From positions 139,769-203,768 of the forward strand of contig JAAXWR010000001.1 of the NCBI GenBank assembly GCA_013334825.1: DNA of 64,000 nt. The letters run 5' to 3'. This stretch comes from Candidatus Yonathbacteria bacterium (lineage in GTDB: Bacteria; Patescibacteriota; Minisyncoccia; Phycocordibacterales; JACNGX01). Positions 25,807 to 34,164 of this stretch are shown one piece after another; position 1 is the stretch's first letter; each line of letters begins with the position of its first letter. The notes below the pieces were generated by a model. It ran no database searches. It worked only from the letters and a program-made list of their open reading frames with translations, and was not told where the DNA came from. Both the position numbers and the translations under genes were made by a program.

Positions 25807-27060
25807 CTAACGGGTTTTCGGTCTGTATGTGTGTATGAGGTATATACCAACACTACACACAAGAACGCCACAACCAATGAGACAGACAGTTAGTGGATAG
25901 ACACCTATTGCAAGTCCATATACACCAAGTGTGATTGTTTGCGCGAGCAACGAAGCACTTGATTTTACGGAATTGATTGTCGATCTGCTGGCAGAGGGTA
26001 TTTCTCGATTAAACAGTTCAGCGATAAGAGGTGGAGCAAATCCACGTGCCAAAGCAAATCCAGAGATACAGAGAATACTTGTTTTTGTTGGAAATAGACC
26101 CATAAGAAGAAATGGCAAAGAAAGAACAGTAACTAATAGGATAATGCTTATACGTTCTCGCTTGTGTCCATCCATATGATGTGAAAATCTACTTCCTACC
26201 CAACTGATTCCTCCCGCAATAAAGAGCACAACACCATATAGAGGTAAATCTAACCGAACCTCTTGGAAATATGGATTGTAAGAAAAAAATGAAATTTTCA
26301 TAACAATCGATACGAGACAAGAGAAACCAATAATCCAGAGAACGTGTGTGTTGCGAAACGCGATACGTCCTCCTTCTGCGATGTCCTTAAGTCTTGTGCG
26401 CATGCATGTGTACTTTTGTGTAACAGGAGGTTCAATAAAGGTGCATGCTGACACAAGTGAGATAATCAGAAATGGTAATCCAGCAATGATGGGAAGACGA
26501 AGGTGAATCGTTGCAAGAAATCCAGTTGCGAGTGCTCCAAATGTTTCTAGTGCAATCATGCCGGCGCTTCCTTGTCCAACGATTTTTCGGAACATGTGTC
26601 CTCGATTTTGTTGAGCGAGTGAGTCGTGAAGGAGACTAATGTCTGCTCCCGATACACATGCCATCCCAATCATGACAGTGATGTTACCAACCCACATTGC
26701 TGTCGGACCTTCTCCGAAAGCAAAAATACTCATGCCGAGAAAATCAACAACTGTTCCGAACATAATCATGCTTTTTCTCCCTATCATATCGGCAATTGCT
26801 CCTGTCGGTATTTCGACAAAAAATGTGACAATGAGAACAATCGACTCCATGAGATAAATTTCTGAGAGTGACATGTGACCTATCTCTGTAATATAGAGAA
26901 TAAGTATTGGGCCCAAAAAAGGTGATGTTCGAAATATGCTGAATGTGCGATATGCGCGGATGTTTCGATCAATTGTGGCGTTGTTCATGTGAGTTGTATT
27001 TAGTTGTGAAAAGAGCATTTGCCCGTGAAAGGGGAGATATAAAAAACCTCCGGCTTTCAT
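25807..27060 (-). CDS. MFS transporter
   Basis: About 12 TM helices; motif-A-like GAIADMIGRK. Confidence 0.8.
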   Translation of the reverse strand: MKAGGFLYLPFHGQMLFSQLNTTHMNNATIDRNIRAYRTFSIFRTSPFLGPILILYITEIGHMSLSEIYLMESIVLIVTFFVEIPTGAIADMIGRKSMIMFGTVVDFLGMSIFAFGEGPTAMWVGNITVMIGMACVSGADISLLHDSLAQQNRGHMFRKIVGQGSAGMIALETFGALATGFLATIHLRLPIIAGLPFLIISLVSACTFIEPPVTQKYTCMRTRLKDIAEGGRIAFRNTHVLWIIGFSCLVSIVMKISFFSYNPYFQEVRLDLPLYGVVLFIAGGISWVGSRFSHHMDGHKRERISIILLVTVLSLPFLLMGLFPTKTSILCISGFALARGFAPPLIAELFNREIPSASRSTINSVKSSASLLAQTITLGVYGLAIGVYPLTVCLIGCGVLVCSVGIYLIHTYRPKTR

Positions 27061-27215
27061 CAGGTCGGAGGTCGTTCAAATGTGAGAAAAAAGAGAATTA
27101 AAATCTGCACGAACATCGGCCGTATGAAAACATAGACGCGGAAAGAAACGCGACTGAAATAGTCCACGCTTTCTGTGTATACATACGATTGTTCGTTACG
27201 TTGTTCATGAGAATT

Positions 27216-27244
27216 ATGATAGCATAGTTGATAGTTTTTGTCAA
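27216..27244 (-). promoter_or_regulatory. candidate sigma70-type promoter for the MFS gene
   Basis: On the minus strand, TTGACA (27244..27239), 17 nt, TATCAT (27221..27216). Confidence 0.35.
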
Positions 27245-27280
27245 TCACCACTAGGCGGCGCGAAGCGCCGCCTAGTGGTG
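27244..27280. other. 17-bp perfect GC-rich inverted repeat
   Basis: tcaccactaggcggcgc-gaa-gcgccgcctagtggtga, with no adjacent U-tract on either strand. Confidence 0.7.
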
Positions 27281-27308
27281 AGAATTCGTTTACCTCCGTT
27301 CAGTATTC

Positions 27309-29390
27309 TTAATTCTTGCTTCGTGATTCTTGATTCTCGTCTACCACTTCCATATCAAGGACGCGTGCGTCCAAATCTGCGCGGACGATGCGGATACGAA
27401 TGGGGTCGCCCAAGCGATAGCGTTTTTTGGTACGTTCTCCGATGATGGCATATTGTTTCTCATCAAGATTAAAAAAGTCATTACCGAGATCACGAATATG
27501 CACCAGTCCTTCCGCTCGCGTTTCTTTTTCTTCCACGTAAATACCAAATTTTGTTACACCAGAAATCGTGCCATCAAATTCTTCGCCGACATGACTTTGC
27601 ATGTATTCTACTTGTTTGTATTTGATAGATGCACGCTCGGCGTCCGCGGCATGCTTTTCCATCTCGGACGCATAGCGACTCATCGCTTCGTATGAATCAC
27701 GTTCCGTGTCTTTGACTGTGCCTCCTGAAAGGTGTGTTGCGAGGAGCCGGTGCACCATGACGTCGGGGTACCGACGAATGGGAGAGGTAAAGTGTGTGTA
27801 GTGTTCAAATGCAAGTCCAAAGTGCCCGATATTTCCCGTCGCATACACTGCCTTTGCCATGGAACGTATGGCTGCCGTAGTGATGAGTTGCTCTTCGGGC
27901 GTGCCTTTGACCTGCGCGAGGAGTTTGTTGATATCACGAGAGTTGGCACCCTGTTCGCCGATGGGCAATTCATATCCAAGTGTTTTTACAAACGTTGCGA
28001 GTTCGCGGAGACGGTCAGCATCGGGGACATCGTGAATACGATACACAAATGTCTTTTCCATGCCTTTGTCTTTGGCACCAATCCATTCCGCCACCCGCTT
28101 GTTGGCGAGAAGCATGAAGTCTTCAATGAGCTTGTGTGCGTCGAGACGCTCTTTGACATACACACCGAGTGGCTTGCCGTGTTCATCAAGATGAAAACGC
28201 ACCTCGTCTTTATCAAAAGAAATCGCGCCTTTGGCGAAACGTTCCTTTTGAAGGATATGCGCGAGCGTGTTGAGCGTGATGAGTGTGTCGCGAAGTGTGT
28301 CATCTTTCCCGTCAATAATCTCTTGGGCTTCTTCATAGGCAAAACGGCGGTCCGAGTGAATGACTGTTCTGCCAAACCACTCGTCCACAATTTCGGCACG
28401 ACCATGGGCGAGCGCATCAGCAGAAAACGTGAATATTGCCGAGAACGCAAGCTTGTCTTCGTTTGGGTTGAGACTACAGAGATCATTGGAGAGTACTTCG
28501 GGAAGCATCGGTATGGTGCGGTCTACGAGATAGACTGATGTGCCACGACGCGCGGCCTCTTTGTCGAGGGCAGTACCGGGGACAACGTAATGCGCAACAT
28601 CAGCGATGTGTACGCCCACTTCAATCGTTCCATCAGCAAGCGTTTGAAATGACAATGCATCATCAAAATCTTTGGCATCCGCAGGGTCAATGGTACAGGT
28701 GAGTACACCGCGCATGTCACGTCGGCGAGCAATTTCTTCGTCCGTAATGACACGGGCAATGGCATCTGCTTCACGTTCTACTTCTTCGGGAAAATCGGGG
28801 ACAATGCCTTTTTCAAGAGCAATGGCACGCATCTCCGCGTCATTGTCTCCTTTCATACCGATGCGTTCAATGACTGTGCCGACGGGATTGCTTCGTGGGT
28901 CGCGCCATTCTCCGATGCGAACATATACTTTTTCACCATCAGCAAGTGACGCGCTTTCTTGTTCAGGAATAATGATATCGCGATATACACGCTGATCGTC
29001 GGGGATGATAAAGACAATACCTTGTTCGCGAGAAACCGTCCCAACGAATTGTGTTTTTGCGCGAGTAACAACCGCAGAAACAGTACCAAAGAGTTCCTCT
29101 CCCTCACGGTGGGGAAGGAGAGAGATAGTAACAATATCGCCATGAAGAGCAGTATTTAAGTCATCTGTCTCGATACGAATACGTTCATCACGATTGTCGG
29201 GAGAGAGGAGTACATAACCGACACCTTTGCCAGTAATAGAGATGACACTCTCAAGTTCTGTGGGAAGAGGTCCTTTGGGAACAAATGCGCGTGGGTTGGG
29301 TCGGTCTGTACGACGAACAGGACCGCGGGATTGTCCATGCGCGGAAGCCCCGTGCGGATTCTTGTTGTTTGGTTGATGGTGTTGTGTCAT
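27309..29390 (-). CDS. rnr: ribonuclease R
   Basis: Cold-shock/OB N-terminus, RNB catalytic domain (TIDPADAKDFDDALSF), and a C-terminal S1 domain. Start taken at MTQHHQ because the ORF-track N-terminus is read-through of a repeat region. Confidence 0.88.
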   Translation of the reverse strand: MTQHHQPNNKNPHGASAHGQSRGPVRRTDRPNPRAFVPKGPLPTELESVISITGKGVGYVLLSPDNRDERIRIETDDLNTALHGDIVTISLLPHREGEELFGTVSAVVTRAKTQFVGTVSREQGIVFIIPDDQRVYRDIIIPEQESASLADGEKVYVRIGEWRDPRSNPVGTVIERIGMKGDNDAEMRAIALEKGIVPDFPEEVEREADAIARVITDEEIARRRDMRGVLTCTIDPADAKDFDDALSFQTLADGTIEVGVHIADVAHYVVPGTALDKEAARRGTSVYLVDRTIPMLPEVLSNDLCSLNPNEDKLAFSAIFTFSADALAHGRAEIVDEWFGRTVIHSDRRFAYEEAQEIIDGKDDTLRDTLITLNTLAHILQKERFAKGAISFDKDEVRFHLDEHGKPLGVYVKERLDAHKLIEDFMLLANKRVAEWIGAKDKGMEKTFVYRIHDVPDADRLRELATFVKTLGYELPIGEQGANSRDINKLLAQVKGTPEEQLITTAAIRSMAKAVYATGNIGHFGLAFEHYTHFTSPIRRYPDVMVHRLLATHLSGGTVKDTERDSYEAMSRYASEMEKHAADAERASIKYKQVEYMQSHVGEEFDGTISGVTKFGIYVEEKETRAEGLVHIRDLGNDFFNLDEKQYAIIGERTKKRYRLGDPIRIRIVRADLDARVLDMEVVDENQESRSKN

Positions 29391-29531
29391 AGGGGCAGTA
29401 TAGCAGAAAATGTGAAATAGGGAACACGAACGCCGTGTACGGACGAGAAGCAAGAAGCATGAATACGAAAGATGAATGAAGAAATATGAAATTAGAAATA
29501 TGGAGTTACGAAGTACGAACTTGTACGCTTG

Positions 29532-29556
29532 CCCTGCACCCCACGTGGTGCTAGGG
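29532..29556. repeat. REP-like palindrome (copy b, inverted orientation, with the B flank gttacgaagtacgaacttgtacgcttg)
   Basis: ccctgcacc-ccacgt-ggtgctaggg. Confidence 0.7.
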
Positions 29557-29739
29557 AACATACGAAACAAGACGGGAAGCACGAATCAAGAATCAAGAAG
29601 CAAGAATACGAGACGTGAATTATGAATAATGAATTAAGAATTATGGGACGGACGAGGGGTTAGAAATTAGAAATTAGGAAAATGGGGCTACGAAGTACGA
29701 ACCAATACGAATAAATAACACTCCTTTTTAGTTGTCATT

Positions 29740-29935
29740 CCGGGCTTGACCCGGAATCCAGAGTAAAAAGGATACTACACTACTACGTGGATGCTGAATC
29801 ACCTTCCTTCGCCAAGGCTTCGGCAGGGCAATGAGTTCAGCATGACAACACATGGTCGTAAATAGTTTCTCTTTGGGATTCGCTGTTCTGAGAAATGGGT
29901 CCCGCCCTTTGCAAGCAAAGGGCGGGACGTCTGAG
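29740..29935 (+). ncRNA. candidate structured RNA or leader upstream of rpsP (identity unknown)
   Basis: Nested complementary segments: gttgtcat...atgacaac, ttccgggc-ttga-gcccggaa, gctgaa...ttcagc, cccgcccttt-gcaagc-aaagggcggg. No ORF. Confidence 0.25.
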
Positions 29936-30030
29936 AACTTTTGAGAACTTCTCGTCCGTTCTACGAACTAAGAACTACGAACTTGTTAAAGCGCTTGCCA
30001 CGGAAGTTGCTTCGTGCTAGGATATGTCCC

Positions 30031-30444
30031 ATGCTGAAAATACGTTTACAACGCGTCGGTCGCAAACATGACCCCTCATTCCGAGTGGTGGTGTCTGATG
30101 CCCGATATGCCGCCAAGAGTGGAAAGGCGCTTGAAGTGCTCGGTACATACAATGCTCGTTTTGGTACACCGACATTCAAACCAGAACGCATTAAAGAATG
30201 GATTGGCAAAGGTGCTCAATTGTCAGATACCGTGCACAATCTTCTCATTGATGCCAAGATTATTGAAGGTAAAAAGATCAATGCTCTTCCCAAGAAAACA
30301 CCAATCAAGAAAGAAGTTCCAGCCGAAGCCGCTCCTGTAGTGGTCACATCGGACACAATGACATCGTCAATGGAGGAAGCCTCGAACGAAGAAACCTCTT
30401 CTGTGGACGATGGTTCCTCAACTACTGAAGTTTCTGTGGGATAG
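30031..30444 (+). CDS. rpsP: ribosomal protein bS16 with a C-terminal extension
   Basis: MLKIRLQRVGRKHDPSFRVVVSDARYAAKSGKALEVLGTYNA. Confidence 0.85.
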   Translation: MLKIRLQRVGRKHDPSFRVVVSDARYAAKSGKALEVLGTYNARFGTPTFKPERIKEWIGKGAQLSDTVHNLLIDAKIIEGKKINALPKKTPIKKEVPAEAAPVVVTSDTMTSSMEEASNEETSSVDDGSSTTEVSVG

Positions 30445-30463
30445 TGCTAATTATTATAGGCGA

Positions 30464-30513
30464 AATAAAGAAATGAAAACACGGCCTTCAGGCCGTGTTT
30501 TCATTTCTTTATT
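30464..30513. terminator. bidirectional terminator made of a 23-bp perfect stem
   Basis: aataaagaaatgaaaacacggcc-ttca-ggccgtgttttcatttctttatt followed by ttt. The stop of the minus-strand ORF lies inside the 3' arm. Confidence 0.75.
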
Positions 30514-31186
30514 TTTCGAACAGGTCAGGAACTTTTTTCAGCGTTTCCTTTGCCTGTTCAGCTTCATTATAAGAATTATATGGTACTGGAAGAATTTTTG
30601 TTTCTCCGTTTTTCTTTCCATTTTCTTCCATATGGTATCGGATATGATATTTAGATGTCGCAATATCCTGTAGAATCTCAATTCCAGAGCCGTCCCTATT
30701 GCTTCCCGCGATATTTCTAAAAGCACTAAGTGGTAATATATCTTCACCGCACTGGTGCAGGATTGCATTAGTATTTTCATCACAATCTTCTTCATATAAA
30801 ACATCAGTGGTCTCGATTCTCTCCTGCCCATTTGCTATTGCAGAAAGGATGTCCTCAGGAATATTTTTCAATGTTGTTTGTTTTGAACTATCTTCATATT
30901 CCCCAACTCTCTTGTTAAGTACTTGGATTGTAAGAATGATGGGCAAGTCTCCCTTGTCTGTATTGGGAACATCTTTTTCAGCGTCTTTTTTATAGTAATT
31001 ATAAAATGTCTCGTCAGAGCTGCGATAGAAAATATCTTTATCATCGTCAGCTCTTTTGTAGTAATAAACTCTCTCTGTATGTTCAAACGTATTGCCTTCA
31101 TCAAAAAATTTCTGTGCCGCCTCAAATTTTTCAGCCGGGGACTTCTCTTCGGAGATGTTACCGGCTGCGGGTATATTTTCATGCAT
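30509..31186 (-). CDS. hypothetical acidic protein; AT-rich orphan gene inserted between rpsP and khpA
   Basis: 225-aa ORF with no recognised motif; opposite strand to the surrounding operon. Confidence 0.5.
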   Translation of the reverse strand: MHENIPAAGNISEEKSPAEKFEAAQKFFDEGNTFEHTERVYYYKRADDDKDIFYRSSDETFYNYYKKDAEKDVPNTDKGDLPIILTIQVLNKRVGEYEDSSKQTTLKNIPEDILSAIANGQERIETTDVLYEEDCDENTNAILHQCGEDILPLSAFRNIAGSNRDGSGIEILQDIATSKYHIRYHMEENGKKNGETKILPVPYNSYNEAEQAKETLKKVPDLFEK

Positions 31187-31386
31187 ATTTAAGAAGTAGT
31201 TTGTTATTGTCTACTAATATAGATTATCTTAAGATGTAATTTTTTTTTGTCAATGTAACTGTGAATATTTGTCGATAAGTAACTAATTCTTCTGTTTTGA
31301 TACTGACTTCTCATCCCCATAGTTTTGTCTTGCTCGTCAGGATATTTTCGTCTATAGTTATAAGGTACAGGTCGATTTAACAGGTA

Positions 31387-31731
31387 ATGCACATGACTGC
31401 TATGGAACAAGATCAAGCCTTTCTGGAATACGTCATCAAAGCACTTGTTGACAATCCGGATGCCGTTAAAGTGTCCCGCAAAGTGGACGAGATGGGAGTT
31501 CTTCTCACGCTCGATGTCTCTCGCGAGGATATGGGCAAAATCATCGGCAAGAGTGGAAATACCGCCAAAGCCGTTCGTACGCTTCTTCGTGTCGTCGGTA
31601 TGAAGAATGACGCGCGCGTCAATCTCAAAATCAACGAGCCCGAGGGTGGTCTACGCGACACGGGATATGCCGGCGGATCTTCTGCTGCTGCCGATCTCGA
31701 CGCCGCAATGGACGAACTCAAAGAAGAGTAG
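31387..31731 (+). CDS. khpA: KH-domain RNA-binding protein (KhpA/YlqC-like) with an acidic C-terminal extension
   Basis: VIKALVDNPDAVKVSR ... GKIIGKSGNTAKAVRTLLRVVGMK. Confidence 0.75.
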   Translation: MHMTAMEQDQAFLEYVIKALVDNPDAVKVSRKVDEMGVLLTLDVSREDMGKIIGKSGNTAKAVRTLLRVVGMKNDARVNLKINEPEGGLRDTGYAGGSSAAADLDAAMDELKEE

Positions 31732-31844
31732 GCGTGAAATATGGAAAATGAAATATGAATGGATATGACGCGTTGCGTCTGTACGTTCAATTTCTTTTTC
31801 AATCAATACGCATCGCAGCATCCCGCAAGCGCAAGCAAGGGAAG

Positions 31845-31878
31845 CACCAAAAAACGGGCCTCGGCCCGTTTTTTGGTG
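31845..31878 (+). terminator. rho-independent terminator
   Basis: caccaaaaaacgggcc-tc-ggcccgttttttggtg. Confidence 0.7.
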
Positions 31879-32111
31879 CTTATAGAAATTTTTATTGACA
31901 TATATACCATATAAACGTACTCTATGTGTGTAAGTGTTTTCTTTCGAGGGTAATTTTTTCGGTATTCTTTTCTGCCTTAATTCTGTATCAGTCTCGTATA
32001 GTTTTCGTATTGTTCCCGCGTTCGTTTTGCGAATTTCCGCGTCTCATCCGCATTGTTTCTGCGATGTTCCGCGTTTGATCCGCATCGTGTCCGTGTAGGT
32101 TCCACATAGGT

Positions 32112-32789
32112 ATGCATTTTCACTTTATCACCATTTTCCCGAATATGTTTACGGACTATATGCATGAGTCCGTGCTTGGTCGTGCAACGAAACAGGGTGT
32201 ACTCGACTTTTCTGTATACGATGTAAGAGACTTTGCAAAAAATAAATGGAACAAGATTGACGACCGCCCATATGGTGGCGGTCCGGGCATGGTGATGGAA
32301 GCAGCGCCAATACTTGCCGCGGTGAAAAAAGCGATAGGGAAGAAGGATAGAAAAAAAATAAAGATTGCTATCATGGCCCCACGAGGGACACAATTTACCA
32401 ATGAACTTGCGCGGAAGTGGGCAAACAAATACGACCATGTGATTCTTATTGCGGGCAGATATGAGGGGATTGATTCTCGTGTAAAAAAGATACTGCGTGC
32501 TGAAGAAGTATCTATCGGTCCCTATGTCGTGACAGGCGGAGAATTGCCTGCGCTTCTTATTGCCGATGCTGTGGCACGTCAAGTCTCTGGAGTGCTCGGG
32601 AAAGGGGAATCGCTCGAAGAGACGCGCGTGTCATCGGGAGAAATGTATACACGTCCAGAAGTGCTTGAGTATGAAGGTAAGAAGTATAAAGTTCCCAAGG
32701 TGCTTCTTTCAGGTGACCCGAAGAAAATAGATGCATGGAAGCTGGACGCGGAACAAATGCGGAACAAACGCGGAAACTCGCGGATCTGA
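32112..32789 (+). CDS. trmD: tRNA (guanine37-N1)-methyltransferase; the last ~15 codons are a GCGGAA tandem array
   Basis: FITIFPNMF, RPYGGGPGMVM, and a SPOUT knot. Confidence 0.88.
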   Translation: MHFHFITIFPNMFTDYMHESVLGRATKQGVLDFSVYDVRDFAKNKWNKIDDRPYGGGPGMVMEAAPILAAVKKAIGKKDRKKIKIAIMAPRGTQFTNELARKWANKYDHVILIAGRYEGIDSRVKKILRAEEVSIGPYVVTGGELPALLIADAVARQVSGVLGKGESLEETRVSSGEMYTRPEVLEYEGKKYKVPKVLLSGDPKKIDAWKLDAEQMRNKRGNSRI

Positions 32790-33051
32790 TGTGGAAGAAA
32801 TATGAAGTTCTTAGAGTAAGACTGTTCTTCCACGACGTCTCCGCTACGCGGAGCGCGCGGGTCCGCCCATTGTGATGTGCAGATAAACAATATCAAAATA
32901 AAAAATTCAAATGCTTTAAACGCTCGTGTTTTAGTCTTTGAATGTTGGTGATTGGAATTTGTTTAGGATTTAGTGCTTAAGATTTCGATTTTTTATATGG
33001 GTATACGCAGATTGTTTCTATAGAATATATATCGTATCCACACACATTGTA

Positions 33052-34158
33052 GTGGTATGTACTCTCATGGCGATGTATAATAAAACTATTATGGCAATGG
33101 ACTACAAAGCAGAACTCGAAGATTTGATTGTGACAGTTATCCGTGAAGGTGCATCTGACCTTCATCTTTCAACAGGACGCAAGCCCACCGTGCGTGTGTC
33201 TAGTAGTCTTATTCCTTTGGCGCGTAAAGAAATATTGAGTCGTGAAGATACACTTGGTCTTCTTGCCGAACTTACCAGTTCTGCAAAAAAAGAAGAATTT
33301 CTCCGTGATCAAGAACTTGATTTTTCATATTCATTTGGCGAAGAAGCGCGTTTTCGTTGCAATGCCTTTTTTCAACAGGGCGATGTGTCTATTGCGATGC
33401 GCCTCATCCCAAGAAAGATTCGTACGTTTGAAGAGTTGAATCTTCCTCCTTTGCTTGGTGATTTTGCAATGAAACAACAAGGGTTCTTTCTTGTTGTAGG
33501 ACCTGTGGGTCAAGGAAAATCAACAACGCTCGCCGCGATGATTGATATGATCAACCATCGTCGCACCGAACACATTGTGACAATTGAAGATCCAACAGAA
33601 TATATTTACGAACAAGATAAATGTATTATCGACCAACGAGAGGTGCGTGTAGATACCAAAGATTTTCCGACAGCCTTAAAGAGTGCGTTTCGCCAAGATA
33701 TCGACGTTCTTCTTATTGGAGAAATGCGCGGGACGGAAACTATTTCAACAGCGGTGACAGCGGCCGAAACAGGTCACCTTGTTTTTTCGACCCTTCATAC
33801 CAACAATGCGGCACAAACTATTGACCGTATTATTGACTCATTCCCTCCAGAACAGCAAGATCAGATTCGTATTCAACTTTCAGGAAGCTTGATTGGTATC
33901 TTTTCTCAACGACTTATTCCGCGCGTATCTGGTGGTATGATTCCCGCATATGAGCTTCTTATCAACAATAAAGCAGTTGCGAATCTTATTCGTGAAGGGC
34001 GTACGCATGAGATCAATGTCCTTATAGAGACAGGTATGGAACAAGGTATGATTGATATGAACAAATCCCTTGCTGAACTTGTTCGCGCAGGTGAAATCCG
34101 CCAAGAAGATGCATATTTGCATTCATTCAATCCTCAGGGACTTGAACGCCTCATTTGA
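33052..34158 (+). CDS. pilT: type IV pilus retraction ATPase PilT/PilU family
   Basis: Walker A GPVGQGKSTT; Asp box, Walker B and His box (IVTIEDPTEY ... LLIGEMRG ... TLHTNNAAQTI). Confidence 0.85.
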   Translation: MVCTLMAMYNKTIMAMDYKAELEDLIVTVIREGASDLHLSTGRKPTVRVSSSLIPLARKEILSREDTLGLLAELTSSAKKEEFLRDQELDFSYSFGEEARFRCNAFFQQGDVSIAMRLIPRKIRTFEELNLPPLLGDFAMKQQGFFLVVGPVGQGKSTTLAAMIDMINHRRTEHIVTIEDPTEYIYEQDKCIIDQREVRVDTKDFPTALKSAFRQDIDVLLIGEMRGTETISTAVTAAETGHLVFSTLHTNNAAQTIDRIIDSFPPEQQDQIRIQLSGSLIGIFSQRLIPRVSGGMIPAYELLINNKAVANLIREGRTHEINVLIETGMEQGMIDMNKSLAELVRAGEIRQEDAYLHSFNPQGLERLI

Positions 34159-34164
34159 TAGTTA

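Noticed and set aside
29391-29582. N-terminal extensions in the ORF track for rnr (to 29582), rpoB (36191), smc (23143), rpsP (29941) and hlyD (53455)
   Set aside because: The extra N-terminal residues are translations of intergenic repeat modules. Internal ATG codons give N-termini matching the conserved family starts (MTQHH..., MAITQKQF..., MLKSIEISGF..., MLKIRLQRVG..., MSKKPRISV...).
31977-32582. 201-aa minus-strand ORF overlapping the trmD 5' half and the upstream GCGGAA-array region
   Set aside because: Overlaps a confidently called trmD and a tandem-repeat spacer; no motif; most likely a spurious ORF created by repeat sequence.
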